From NCBI GenBank assembly GCA_049510745.1, contig JBEKYR010000011.1, positions 1-64,000 of the forward strand: a DNA stretch of 64,000 nucleotides. The letters are read 5' to 3'. Source of the DNA: Verrucomicrobiota bacterium (lineage in GTDB: Bacteria > Verrucomicrobiota > Verrucomicrobiia > Limisphaerales > Palsa-1400). Made by a program: the position numbers and the translations under genes. Of this stretch, positions 50,140-60,458 are shown one piece after another (position 1 is the first letter of the stretch; every line of letters starts with the position of its first letter). Under the pieces are notes generated by a model that worked only from the letters and a program-made list of their open reading frames with translations, was not told the origin of the DNA and ran no database searches.

Positions 50140-52173
50140 GTGTTGGCAGATAAGACCACTGCGCGCGGCAACTCATCCCAGGTGAGGGCCGGGTCGGTTC
50201 GCCGGCAGTTCCGCCGGCCGCTTCTGGCCGCGCTGGCCCTTGTTTTCGCGCTCCGACCCGCGCCGGCGAAGGACTTGACCACCGAAAGCCGCCTGCCTTT
50301 CTTGCACAACATCCCCCTGCACGACGCCCAGGACCGCGTGATTTCTCCGCCGCCGCTTTTGAGCGACGATGGCAAGCCCCAGGAACCCAAGGCCAGCCCC
50401 TATTCCACCGCGAAAACGTGCGGCAAATGCCACGATTACGAAGTCATCAGCCAAGGCTGGCACTTCAACGCGGCGCACGGCGACGTCAAGGCCGGCCGTC
50501 CCGGCGAACCGTGGATTTTGACCGACCCGGCCACGCGCACGCAGATTCCCCTCTCCTATCGCGGCTGGGCCGGCACCTTCAAGCCGGCCGACGTGGGCCT
50601 CAGCGACTTTGATTTCGTGACCAATTTCGCGCGCCATCTGCCGGGGGGCGGCGTCGGCGAACCCGACAAGATCGACGCCGCGGACCCCCAAATGGGACGA
50701 ATGCAGATCAGCGGCACGCTGGAGATGGATTGCCTGATCTGCCACCAATCCACCGGCCGCTACGATCACGAAGGCCGCTTCACCGCCATCAAGGGCCAGA
50801 ATTTCCGTTGGGCGCCCTCCATTGCCGCAGGCTTGGGAAGCTTCGCCAGTTTCCGCAACGCCGGCAGTCTGGCCGATCAATGGCGTCCGGGCAGGGCCGT
50901 TCCCTCCACCTTGCCCGCCCTCAATTACGACCGGTCAAAATTCGGCGCCGATAACAACGTCCTCTTCCAGGTCGCCCGCCGCGCGCCCACCGCCAATTGT
51001 TATTATTGTCACACCAGCGAAGCGGAGTTGGGGGACGCCCGCTGGCACGGCGACACGGACATTCACCTTCGCGCCGGGATGGCGTGTGTGGATTGTCATC
51101 GCAATGGTCTCGATCACAGGATCGTCCGCGGCTACGAAGGCGAAGTCCGGGACCGCTCCGTCAGCGAGGGCATGATGGACCTGCGCGCCCGGATGTTGCG
51201 CCGCGACGACGCCACTCTCAGCGAGGAGCAGGCCCGCCGGTTGGCGCGCCGGCAGCTTCAAGCCGAACTGGGCCTGGTCGAGACCCTTTCCTGCCGCGGA
51301 TGCCACGAAAGCGGACGGTTCGGCTCGCCCCGGCTGACGCATAAGGGCCTGCCGCCGATTCACCTCGAAAAACTTTCCTGCACCGCCTGCCACTCCGGGC
51401 CGTTCCCGGCGTCCGGCCCGGCGGCCGTTCACACCTCGCTGGCGCACAAGTTGGGCCTGCCCGCGCCCGTCCGCGGAAAAAACACCGCGCCCGTCATCAT
51501 CGAGACCATTTTTCTTTACGGCGCGGATGGCAAGATTGAGCCGTGCAAAATGGTCTGGCCCAGCTATTGGGCGCGCTGGAAGGAGGGCAAGCTCGCGCCG
51601 CTGTTGCCGGCGGAAGCCGCCAAAGCCGGAACTTTCCCAAAACAAGACAACGACGATGTCCCGCGCGACCCTTACAACACCACGCCGTTGACCGACGCGC
51701 AGATTCGGCAGGTGCTCGCATCGTTTTCCGACGACCCCGCCAATGGGCAGGCCGCCTTCATCGCCGCGGGCAAGCTCTACCGCCTGGAGCACGGCCAACT
51801 GGTTTCCGAGGAAAACGCGGCGGCCAAACCTTACGCCTGGGCTTTGGCGCACGATGTCCGCCCCGCCGCCCAGGCGCTCGGCGCCCGCGGCTGCGCGGAT
51901 TGCCACGCCAGCGATTCGCCGCTCTACTTCGCCACCATCGCGGCCCGCGGCCCCGTCGAGCCAGCCAACGGCCTGCGCAAGGGAATGTGGGAAATGCGCG
52001 GCGACGACAAGACGGTGGCCTCGGTCTTCGCTTTCACGTTCCATTTCCGGCCGTTGCTCAAGTGGATTGTGTTTGGCGCCGCGTTGATTGTGCTGGCCGT
52101 GCTGGCGCATTATGGACTGCGGGGCGTCGGCGCGATCACCGCCGCCGCGCCAGCCAAGAAATCCCCGCCATGA
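50140..52173 (+). CDS. Membrane-anchored multiheme cytochrome c, 7 CxxCH (start uncertain)
   Basis: CGKCH, CLICH, CYYCH, CVDCH, CRGCH, CTACH, CADCH; signal peptide; C-terminal TM helix. Confidence 0.88.
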   Translation: MLADKTTARGNSSQVRAGSVRRQFRRPLLAALALVFALRPAPAKDLTTESRLPFLHNIPLHDAQDRVISPPPLLSDDGKPQEPKASPYSTAKTCGKCHDYEVISQGWHFNAAHGDVKAGRPGEPWILTDPATRTQIPLSYRGWAGTFKPADVGLSDFDFVTNFARHLPGGGVGEPDKIDAADPQMGRMQISGTLEMDCLICHQSTGRYDHEGRFTAIKGQNFRWAPSIAAGLGSFASFRNAGSLADQWRPGRAVPSTLPALNYDRSKFGADNNVLFQVARRAPTANCYYCHTSEAELGDARWHGDTDIHLRAGMACVDCHRNGLDHRIVRGYEGEVRDRSVSEGMMDLRARMLRRDDATLSEEQARRLARRQLQAELGLVETLSCRGCHESGRFGSPRLTHKGLPPIHLEKLSCTACHSGPFPASGPAAVHTSLAHKLGLPAPVRGKNTAPVIIETIFLYGADGKIEPCKMVWPSYWARWKEGKLAPLLPAEAAKAGTFPKQDNDDVPRDPYNTTPLTDAQIRQVLASFSDDPANGQAAFIAAGKLYRLEHGQLVSEENAAAKPYAWALAHDVRPAAQALGARGCADCHASDSPLYFATIAARGPVEPANGLRKGMWEMRGDDKTVASVFAFTFHFRPLLKWIVFGAALIVLAVLAHYGLRGVGAITAAAPAKKSPP

Positions 52174-52580
52174 ACTCCCGCGGAAAGTTTTTTTACGGCG
52201 TGATGTGCGCGGCGGGAGTTGTCCTTGCCGTCACGGGCATCGGCACCTTCGCCCTGGGCAAGCCGCCCATGACCCACTGGGTCCTGATGGCGCACGTCGC
52301 CGCCGCGCCCCTCTTCGCCCTTGGCCTGGCCGCCGTGGCGCTGACCTGGGCTGGCTGCTGCGTTCCCGGCGCGGACTCGCCCCTGAACGCCCCCGCCAAA
52401 GCGTTGCTCTGGGTGATACTCGTGTGCGGCCTGGTCGTGATGCTTTCGGGCGTCCTTCCGATGACGCCGCTTATTGGCGCGAGCGGCCAGCACATCCTCT
52501 ATTTGACACACCGCTACAGCGCCGTCGTCCTAACCGCCGCGATTCTCCTGCACCTTCCCGTGCTTCTTCGCCGCGGATAA
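52170..52580 (+). CDS. Small 4-TM His-containing membrane protein (cytochrome b-like)
   Basis: atga overlap with the cytochrome; LMAHVAAAP, LTHRYS, ILLHL. Confidence 0.7.
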   Translation: MNSRGKFFYGVMCAAGVVLAVTGIGTFALGKPPMTHWVLMAHVAAAPLFALGLAAVALTWAGCCVPGADSPLNAPAKALLWVILVCGLVVMLSGVLPMTPLIGASGQHILYLTHRYSAVVLTAAILLHLPVLLRRG

Positions 52581-52588
52581 CCGTTCTA

Positions 52589-52837
52589 CAATCCCGAAGG
52601 GATTGAATGACTCAGCCCAGGGTTGGCCGATTCCGAGAGGCCTACCCTGGGTAGTTGCATTCGAGTGACACAACCCTGAAGGGGTTGAATATCAAAGGCT
52701 TAGGAAACAGAGTCAACCCTTGCAGGGTTGTGGTTCTTCTCTGATCTTACCCAGGGTAGCTCGTGCCCCCGCCTTCGCTGCGCTACGGCGCGGCAAGTCG
52801 CAACCCTGGGCTGCAAGATTCAATCCCGTTGGGATTG
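52589..52837. repeat. REP/BIME-like palindromic element with a nested 30-bp element
   Basis: caatcccgaagggattg..cagcccagggttg vs caaccctgggctg..caatcccgttgggattg; inner caaccctgaaggggttg and caacccttgcagggttg; cccgccttcgctgcgctacggcgcggcaag at 52768-52797. Confidence 0.85.
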
Positions 52838-52889
52838 GCAAAACCAATCACGACCCTCCAAACCTCGCTGTTCATTCCACTGGAATCGT

Positions 52890-53095
52890 CGAGGAACCAG
52901 ATTTATACCGGGATCACGTGCGATTTGAAACTGCGCCTCGCGGAGCACACTTCGGCGAGGGTTCCGCACACTTCCAAATTCACGCCCTGGGAAATTCGGA
53001 CGGCAACGGCGTTCAAAAGCAAGGAACGTGCGGTGGCATTCGAGCGTTACCTCAAGAGCGGTTCCGGACGCGCTTTTCTCCATCGGCACTTTTGA
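52890..53095 (+). pseudogene. 5'-truncated GIY-YIG nuclease
   Basis: IYTGIT.DL..RL.EH, HTSKFTPW, FERYLKSGSGRAF; first motif and start codon missing. Confidence 0.75.
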
Positions 53096-53257
53096 CAATG
53101 CACGGCGCGGCGACCCTTCCGTCCGCAGTTCTTGACCGTCCGACGCTCCAAACGCTTGCCGTGGTCGTGCTGGTGGCGCGGGCGGGGTGAATCAGCGGGC
53201 GGGCTGAATGCGGAAAACAGGATTGACCGTCGGCCAGTTTTGGTTCAGGTTTTCCGT

Positions 53258-53686
53258 ATGGGATTATTTGACGGCATCGAGAAATTCATCACTGAGCATG
53301 GCTCTGCAGCGATCCTCGTCCAGCAACTCTCGTTTGCTAAGGAGCAATTCGCCGCACTTGAAAAAAAGGTCGGTGAATTGCAAACTGAGAACGGCAGGCT
53401 GCAAGCGCGTCTTGAGCGTGTGGGGGTTGACCTCCACGACACGCAAATGGAGTTGCAACGGCTCCAAAAGGAGCATGAAGAAGAAGTTCGCGTTCATCGT
53501 TGCATCGAATTTCGGCGCGGCAAGAGAACAGGCAATAAATGGGTTGCCTTTTGCCCAAAATGCCACATGCCGGCTTTCAGCCGGGAATCAGTGATTTTTG
53601 TGACTTGTACGGATCCCGCGTGTAAATGGAGCGCCAGGCTTGAGAACATTACGCTTTCCCAGATTATCATCGAGCTGGGAGCGTGA
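53258..53686 (+). CDS. Coiled-coil plus Zn-ribbon hypothetical protein
   Basis: Heptad region then FCPKCH...CTDPAC. Confidence 0.7.
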   Translation: MGLFDGIEKFITEHGSAAILVQQLSFAKEQFAALEKKVGELQTENGRLQARLERVGVDLHDTQMELQRLQKEHEEEVRVHRCIEFRRGKRTGNKWVAFCPKCHMPAFSRESVIFVTCTDPACKWSARLENITLSQIIIELGA

Positions 53687-54017
53687 TCTAAAAGCGCAGA
53701 CCCATTCCATGCGCCATCAGAAACGCCGAGGCGGGCGGATTGCTAACTTTTAAACTTAGCCCGCTGCGGCAACTATCTGAGGACACGCCACCCCGCATTG
53801 CTGTCCACTGGCCCTTTTCCGCCCCGCCTTGGACATGTCCGAAGGCGCAAATCCGCTTGAATCCCGCTCCCGTCATTGCCAACGCGCCAGAAACGATCCT
53901 GAGCGCAAGGGCAAGCGATTAAACCAGAGATACGACTGCGGGCCGAAGCGCAATTTTGCTGGTTTCCGATGGCCGTCTATGGTTTGATGGCAGGCGGTCT
54001 GAAAACAAAAAATACTT

Positions 54018-54365
54018 ATGACGACCGTTGGAGACAGAAAAGTTTTATTCAGTGGTTCCTTCATCATTCCCGCCGGTGAATCGGCGTCGTTCGAGGTGCC
54101 CCCTCTTACAACCAAGTTTAGGATTGAATTTCCACCCGGTGCGCCTGCGTCAGGCCAACCTGAAACAAAATGGATTTTCTCTAACGGGACTTTAGTCATC
54201 GTATTTACAGGATGGAACAATTCCCTAGGGGGTAGCTTTTTGAAACCTACAAAGGTCGGAAGTTTAGCCGATGGACGCGACCTCAGTTTCAACGTAGCGA
54301 TTTATGACCTCGGCGGTACGCATTTCGTGAACATTGAGATTTATGCGGGAGGGACATTCCTATGA
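54018..54365 (+). CDS. Hypothetical beta-rich protein
   Basis: 115-aa ORF, lower GC, atga-coupled to the next gene. Confidence 0.65.
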   Translation: MTTVGDRKVLFSGSFIIPAGESASFEVPPLTTKFRIEFPPGAPASGQPETKWIFSNGTLVIVFTGWNNSLGGSFLKPTKVGSLADGRDLSFNVAIYDLGGTHFVNIEIYAGGTFL

Positions 54366-54688
54366 ACGAACAAGAGCCAAAGTTTCTCCTTTCGGGCACA
54401 GTTTCCCCGGACAAATATGCAGCTTTGCAGGAGAGAAAAATGGACCACGATGCGTCATACAGGCTGGCTGCTCTTGAAGCAGGATGGTTTGGCAAAATCT
54501 TTGGTTCAAAAAATGCTGCATCAAATGTTGCGGGTATTTCTGTTTTGCTGGGGTTTCTGGGAAGCGTCGTGGTCACAGGCATCTTGGTGTATAACGCAAC
54601 GAATGGCACAAGCAACGCATTTGAGATTTGGAAATACACAACCCCGATCATCACTGGCGGTTTGGGCTTTCTATTCGGGAAGAAATGA
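54362..54688 (+). CDS. Hypothetical 2-TM protein
   Basis: AGWFGKIFGS, two TM segments, GLGFLFGKK. Confidence 0.65.
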   Translation: MNEQEPKFLLSGTVSPDKYAALQERKMDHDASYRLAALEAGWFGKIFGSKNAASNVAGISVLLGFLGSVVVTGILVYNATNGTSNAFEIWKYTTPIITGGLGFLFGKK

Positions 54689-54770
54689 AACCAACTTTTT
54701 TTGAATTGGATCCTCCAAGATATTTTATGGCAAGCAAATAGGTGATGGCTCCGGTAATGCCTGACACAAC

Positions 54771-55205
54771 ATGACTCCAGAAACCATTTTGGGAAATATC
54801 ATTTCCGGCGTCGTGGGCGGACTTGTCGTTGCTCTCGCCAGCCATTTTTTGTCCAAGCAACGCGAATCTAGGCGAGACCAAGAAGATAGGGAGCATTCTG
54901 CGACGACTGCTCGACAAGACCGAATGCGCGATTTTATCGCATTCATGGAACAATTGAGGGCAGAAGCCGTTCAAAAGCACTTCCTCTCGTTTGGAAAGTT
55001 CTATGAAAACAAGATTCCCAATCTGCGCCATGCCGCTTCGCTTGTGGTCGGGGATTTGCCCCTCACTGAAATAGCCGCTTTCGAGTCGATTCTCAGTGCC
55101 GCGTGCGATTTGTCCGAAAATGAAATATATCAGCCCGGCAACAACAAGCAGATAATTGAGAAAGTGGACAAAATAATTCTCTTTGCGAAAGATCTGCCGA
55201 AGTAA
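54771..55205 (+). CDS. Hypothetical protein, N-terminal TM plus helical domain
   Basis: 144-aa ORF, ISGVVGGLVVAL anchor. Confidence 0.65.
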   Translation: MTPETILGNIISGVVGGLVVALASHFLSKQRESRRDQEDREHSATTARQDRMRDFIAFMEQLRAEAVQKHFLSFGKFYENKIPNLRHAASLVVGDLPLTEIAAFESILSAACDLSENEIYQPGNNKQIIEKVDKIILFAKDLPK

Positions 55206-55761
55206 GTTCTTTTCCATAAAATCCTGGCCGCGATTGGCAGTTCAAAAAATCCATCTGCCAGCCCCACGGCCACGGCTTGCTCCGCTACCTTCCGCGTGAT
55301 GGTTTGCGCAAGTTCTTTCATAGTTAGAATAAAAAGCCCATGCCGGTCAATGAGCTAAACCGGCGTGAGCCAATGCACTGGCGTATTGTGTGGACAAGAA
55401 ATAAACCACCCCACAAATTATTAAGCCGACTTGATGAGGATTCCAGCCAGACTGTCAAGCAATGACGCGCCAAACATGGAGTCAAAGCTCCGCCATTCCG
55501 TTCGTTTCTGCAAAGAGAACCACTGGCAATCGTAATATCCGGGCCGGGTAGTTTGTCAGCCTCGGACTGGCCACTGTCAGCGAAAGTGTCAGCAGAGGGG
55601 CGTGCGGGTTCACTCCCCGCCCACACTCTGAATGGTCCGGCTCATTGACCCGGTTTTTCCTTGATGATGCGTTCCCCAATGGAGCGCGTCTCTTGCGACG
55701 AATACGGTGCAACCGGCCCCTCTATACTGCTATGTCGGAGAGTTTTGCATTTTAAACAAAA

Positions 55762-55869
55762 TTTTTGCCACAAAGGAACACAAGGAGCACAAAGACAAGA
55801 GGTTATATTCTTCAATTTTTGTGATCTTTGTGATCTTTTGCGGCAATTCATCTTTGGTTGCGGCTGGCC
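55762..55869. repeat. Right module of the 21-kb composite element
   Basis: gcggcaattcatctttggttgcggctggcc identical to 21208-21237, preceded by the cacaaag/ctttgtg 9-mer hairpin. Confidence 0.9.
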
Positions 55870-56020
55870 TGCGGCGTTGAGCAATTCGGCCTCAAGTCCC
55901 AGGTTGCCCTCTCCAATTCCAGCGGCTTGTGCGTGTCGAGCCAGACCTGCTTCCCGCCATCGGTCAGGACGATAACCGCTCCCCCCGCGCTCCCGCTTCG
56001 CCTTGGGCCATCTTTGGCGT

Positions 56021-56104
56021 TGTGACGGCATTGTATGACGGTTTGTGACGGCTGATGTTACGGTCTAAGTCCCTTATTATCAACAGTTGTGACGATTGTG
56101 ACGG
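56021..56104. repeat. Six direct copies of tgtgacgg (iteron-like) around an AT-rich core
   Basis: Copies at 56021, 56034, 56044, 56056, 56088 and 56097. Confidence 0.75.
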
Positions 56105-56254
56105 CTTTTCCGACCCCAAGGGTATGCAACCGCATAAACGGCGCCCGCTAAGAATCCTGGCGGGAGATGGATTTCACACGTTCTGACGCATTACATAATG
56201 GCGCATAATTTCATTTCCTTTTCCCGCCGCTTGTGCCTTTCTGTGGCGGTTTGT

Positions 56255-57487
56255 ATGGAGCGATTGCCCGGATTCCGCGACTTTTATCCCGAACCGCTGC
56301 CGCACTCCGATGTCTGGAGCGCGGAGGCCCGCCAATACGTGTTTGACCGCTGGCGCGAGGCCGCCCGCCGCTACGGCTTCCGCCAGTATGACGGCCCGCC
56401 GCTGGAACCGCTGGAATTGTTCACCCTCAAAAGCGGCGAGGAGATCGCCGGCCAGCTCTATAATTTCGTGGACAAGGGCCAACGCCCCGTCGCGCTCCGC
56501 CCCGAGATGACCCCCACCCTGGCCCGCATGATCGCGGCCCACGAGCGCAGTTACAAAAAGCCCGTCAAGTGGTTCGCCATCCCCCAACTGTTCCGCTACG
56601 AACGCCAGCAAAAAGGACGCCTGCGCGAACATTTCCAGTTCAACGCCGACCTCATCGGCGACAGCAGCCCGGCGGCGGACGCGGAACTGGTGGCGCTGCT
56701 CATCGACACCTTGCGGGCTTTTGGTTTGACAGCGGACGATTTTGTCGTCCGGCTCAGCAGCCGCAACGCCTGGCGGGAGTTTTTCCGCAAACGCAGCGCC
56801 AAGGCGGAGGACGAATACCCATTTTACCAGGTGATCGACAAGCTGGAGCGCGAGGCGCCCGAAGCCAGCCGGGCCAAACTGGCGGCGCTCGGTTTTTCGC
56901 TCGACGAGGTCAGCCGGTTCATCAGCGCCGGGGAGCCGGCGGCGGAGCTGGAGTCGGTGGTCAAGAACCTGAGCGCGCGGGGCCTGGGCGATTACGCGCG
57001 GGTCGATTACCACGTCATCCGCGGACTGGCCTATTACACGGGCTTGGTCTTCGAGGCGTTTGACAAGAAGGGCGATTTTCGGGCCATCGCAGGCGGGGGG
57101 CGTTACGACAATTTAATCGCGCTCATTTCCGGCGGGAAGGTGGATTTGCCGGCCTTGGGCTTCGGCATGGGGGACGTGGTGCTGCTGGAGCTGCTGCGGG
57201 CGCGCGGGCTGCTGCCGCGGTTCGATTTCCAAATCGACGCCTATTGCCTGATTGAAGACGAAAGCCGGCGCGAGGCCTCGCTGGAGTTGGTGCAGGAGCT
57301 GCGGGAGCGGGGTTTTGCCGTGGAATATCCGCTGGCGCCCGCCAAATCGGACAAACAATTCAAACGGGCGACGGAATTGAACGCGCGCTTCACCGTCAAG
57401 TTGACGCCCTCACCCCATGGCGGCTTCGATGTCAAGGTGAAGAACCTCGCCACCCGGCAGGAAAAGACGCTTGACGGCGTGATTTAA
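56255..57487 (+). CDS. hisS: Histidine--tRNA ligase
   Basis: LPGFRDFYP, LRPEMTP, FRYERQQKGRLREHFQ, RGLAYYTG, GGGRYD. Confidence 0.95.
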   Translation: MERLPGFRDFYPEPLPHSDVWSAEARQYVFDRWREAARRYGFRQYDGPPLEPLELFTLKSGEEIAGQLYNFVDKGQRPVALRPEMTPTLARMIAAHERSYKKPVKWFAIPQLFRYERQQKGRLREHFQFNADLIGDSSPAADAELVALLIDTLRAFGLTADDFVVRLSSRNAWREFFRKRSAKAEDEYPFYQVIDKLEREAPEASRAKLAALGFSLDEVSRFISAGEPAAELESVVKNLSARGLGDYARVDYHVIRGLAYYTGLVFEAFDKKGDFRAIAGGGRYDNLIALISGGKVDLPALGFGMGDVVLLELLRARGLLPRFDFQIDAYCLIEDESRREASLELVQELRERGFAVEYPLAPAKSDKQFKRATELNARFTVKLTPSPHGGFDVKVKNLATRQEKTLDGVI

Positions 57488-57969
57488 GCGGCGACCGGCC
57501 CGACTATCTCATCGACGTCCCCGCAGATTTCCGGGAAGGAATGGCGGGCGGCGTATTCGTGGAGCTTTTGCGCCCGTTCATCGGCCGCCATTTGGACGTC
57601 AGTCTGGCGGGCCAGGCGCGAGATGACGGCTTCAACCAATTCGTCCGGCGTAAAAGGTTTGACCAGGTAATCATCCGCGCCGCAGACCATGCCGCGGCGG
57701 AACCCATCCAGACTGACCAGGCCGGTCATGAGGATGAAAGGGATGGGGGCTGTGGCCGAAGACTCGCGCACGGCGCCGAGCGTTTCATAACCGTCCATGG
57801 CCGGCATGTTGACGTCGCAGATGACCAGGTCGGGTTTGAGGTCGCGGATCATTTGCACACCCATCTGGCCGCTGACGGCTTCCTGCACGGTGAATCCGTA
57901 ATTGCTCAACACGACCTTGATGAGATTGCGTATATCTTCTTTGTCGTCGATGACCAGAATACTTTTCAT
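57484..57969 (-). CDS. Response regulator (REC domain with short tail)
   Basis: ILVIDD, PDLVICDVNMP, GADDYLVKPF. Confidence 0.9.
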   Translation of the reverse strand: MKSILVIDDKEDIRNLIKVVLSNYGFTVQEAVSGQMGVQMIRDLKPDLVICDVNMPAMDGYETLGAVRESSATAPIPFILMTGLVSLDGFRRGMVCGADDYLVKPFTPDELVEAVISRLARQTDVQMAADERAQKLHEYAARHSFPEICGDVDEIVGPVAA

Positions 57970-58123
57970 GCATCGCAATGCATATCAAGAACCATGCCAA
58001 CCGGCGGCGGGCTTCAAAATGCTTCAAACGGCGGTCTTTTTGCGGCGAAAATTGCCGGTTTGGAAGCCCCAGCGGGCAAACTCTGCCGCCCTGAACTTCC
58101 CCACACCCAGGTTACAGCGGGAG

Positions 58124-58363
58124 TCAGCGGGAGACGCTTTCGGGCAGGTCTTCCAGCCTGGTGATGTGAAGAATGGAACAGCGGGTAAAGTATTCGGCAA
58201 AACCGTCCGGGTCCAAGTTGAGGCCGATTTCGACGGTGTTCCTGCCCACGAACGCCATATCATGGTTGGTAATGTCGTGATGCGAGCCGTCGGATAGATG
58301 AATTCGAAACGGCCTGAATGGTTGGGTGTGCAAAAGGTCGTGAATTTGCTTTGCCGTAATCAT
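58124..58363 (-). CDS. Small conserved hypothetical protein
   Basis: QPFRPFRIHLSDG...CSILHITRLE pattern common in PVC bacteria. Confidence 0.7.
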   Translation of the reverse strand: MITAKQIHDLLHTQPFRPFRIHLSDGSHHDITNHDMAFVGRNTVEIGLNLDPDGFAEYFTRCSILHITRLEDLPESVSR

Positions 58364-58376
58364 ATCCAAATCGCGC

Positions 58377-60458
58377 CTACGGCTTGGCGTTGAGCGTTTC
58401 GTACACCATTTCGGCCAGCTTGCGGGCGTGGAAGGGCTTTTGCACAAGGTTGACGGCCGTGCCGACGGGGAACTCCTTGGCCATCCGCTCGGCGTTGTAG
58501 CCGCTGGTGTAGAGGACTTTCAGGCCCGGCTTGGCGGCTTGCAGGATTTTCGCCAACTCCGTCCCGGCCATGCCGTCGGGCAGGATCAAGTCCGTCAACA
58601 ACAGGTCGATCCGCTTTCGGTGCTGTTCCCAGACTTGGAGGGCCTCCCGGCCGGTGCCGGAGCCGAGGACTTTGTAACCGTGGCTTTCCAGGATATGATG
58701 CATCAACTTGAGCAGGGGCGCCTCGTCCTCGACCACCAGAATGGTTTCGGTTCCGCCAATGACTTTTTGCTCGCCGGGGACCATCTGCAAGGCCCCGCTC
58801 TTGGCGTCGCTGGCCGGGAGGAAGATTTGAAAGGTCGTGCCTTCGCCCAGCCGGCTCTGCACGGTGATCCAGCCTTGGTGCTGCTTGACAATGCCATAGA
58901 CGGTGGCCAGACCCAGGCCGGTGCCGCGGTCCAGTTCCTTGGTGGTGAAAAACGGCTCGAATATCCGGCCCACGATCTCCGGCGCGATGCCGCACCCGGT
59001 GTCGGCGAACGTCAGGCAGACAAACTGGCCGGGCGCCGCCTCCGGGTTTTGGCGGGCCTGCTCGGGGTCGATCGTGACGGCGGCGGTGCGGATGCGCAAC
59101 TGGCCGCCGCGCGGCATGGCGTCGCGGGAATTGACCGCCAGATTGAGGAGGACCTGCTCGATCATGCCCAGGTCGGCCTTGATGGCGGGCAGGCCCGGGG
59201 AAAAATCAACGTGCAGGGCCACGTCCTCGCCCAGGATGCGGCGGAGCATTTTGGTGATATTGTTGACAACTTCGTTCAGATCGACCACCTGGGGGTGGAA
59301 TTGCTGCTTGCGGCTGAAGGTCATCAACTGGCGGGTGAGCGCGCCGGCGCGCTTGCCGGCTTCGACGATTTCCTTGAGGGAATCGGCGCCCCTGGGGGTG
59401 AGTTTTTCCCCGGCCAGCAGCAGGCTGGCGTGGCCGTTGATGACGGTGAGCAGATTGTTGAAATCGTGGGCGATGCCGCCGGCCAACTGGCCGATGGACT
59501 CCATTTTTTGAGACTGGCGCAGTTGCGCCTCCAGGCTCAGGCGCTCGGTCACGTCCATGGCCAGGGACAGGACGACTTTCTGCGGCGCCAGAAGGTGGGA
59601 GGTCATCTCCATGACGGTGAACTTGCCGCTCTTGGTGCGATGGCGCCAGACACCGGTGTTGCCCGCGCCCGGCGCCAGGCGCGCCAGCTTTTCCAGAAAG
59701 GCGGGAATGTCTTCGGGCGGGGCGATGTCCCGCAGCGTCAGGCGCAGGAATTCGTCCTTGGAGTAACCGTAATGGAGCACCGCCGCCTCGTTGACGGTGA
59801 CGAAGGCCAGGGAGGACTGGTCATAGGTGTAAATGGGCGTGGGATTGCTCTCGAAGAGAAGGCGGTATTGGTGTTCGGAGGCCTTGATCAGCGAGATGGA
59901 CTGTTCCAATTCCTGGGTGCGCGCCTTGACCAGGGCCTCCAGTTGCACGAAATACGATTCCGCCTCGCGGGTCAGCCGCCACTTCTCCGCCAGCGCCAGG
60001 GCCAGTTGCTGGACCTCGATGTTGTCGAAGGGCTTCTTGAGCAGCAGCAATTGGTCGGTGCGCCGCAGTTTGCGGGCGATGTCGTGGGCGGAATAATCGG
60101 AAAAAGCCGTGCAGATGACCACCTCCAGGCCCGGATCCGCTTTCCAGAGGCGGCCTATCGTCTCGATCCCGTCCCACCCCGGAGGCATGCGGACATCGAC
60201 AAACGCGACCGCGTAGGGCCGCCCGGCCTCCCGCGCCTGCACCACCCGCTCCAGCCCTTGTTCGCCCTGGAAAACGCAATCCAGCTCGAAGCGGGGCAAG
60301 GCGAGGTCCTCCACCGGCTTGCCCAGGATTTCCGCCTCGGCCTTGGCCAGTTGGCCGGCAATGCTGTCGTCGGACGCCAGGATTCCGCGAAAATCGTCGT
60401 GGATGTCCGGGTTGTCGTCAACAATTAAAATGCGATAGGCTTCCTTCATGGGCGTCAC
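58377..60458 (-). CDS. Hybrid sensor kinase REC-PAS-HisKA-HATPase-REC
   Basis: [44 protein letters not shown]-terminal REC. Confidence 0.93.
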   Translation of the reverse strand: MTPMKEAYRILIVDDNPDIHDDFRGILASDDSIAGQLAKAEAEILGKPVEDLALPRFELDCVFQGEQGLERVVQAREAGRPYAVAFVDVRMPPGWDGIETIGRLWKADPGLEVVICTAFSDYSAHDIARKLRRTDQLLLLKKPFDNIEVQQLALALAEKWRLTREAESYFVQLEALVKARTQELEQSISLIKASEHQYRLLFESNPTPIYTYDQSSLAFVTVNEAAVLHYGYSKDEFLRLTLRDIAPPEDIPAFLEKLARLAPGAGNTGVWRHRTKSGKFTVMEMTSHLLAPQKVVLSLAMDVTERLSLEAQLRQSQKMESIGQLAGGIAHDFNNLLTVINGHASLLLAGEKLTPRGADSLKEIVEAGKRAGALTRQLMTFSRKQQFHPQVVDLNEVVNNITKMLRRILGEDVALHVDFSPGLPAIKADLGMIEQVLLNLAVNSRDAMPRGGQLRIRTAAVTIDPEQARQNPEAAPGQFVCLTFADTGCGIAPEIVGRIFEPFFTTKELDRGTGLGLATVYGIVKQHQGWITVQSRLGEGTTFQIFLPASDAKSGALQMVPGEQKVIGGTETILVVEDEAPLLKLMHHILESHGYKVLGSGTGREALQVWEQHRKRIDLLLTDLILPDGMAGTELAKILQAAKPGLKVLYTSGYNAERMAKEFPVGTAVNLVQKPFHARKLAEMVYETLNAKP

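Noticed and set aside
53549..53566. CPKCH as a heme-binding motif in the 53258-53686 protein
   Set aside because: No signal peptide and a second Cys pair follows, so a Zn ribbon is more likely
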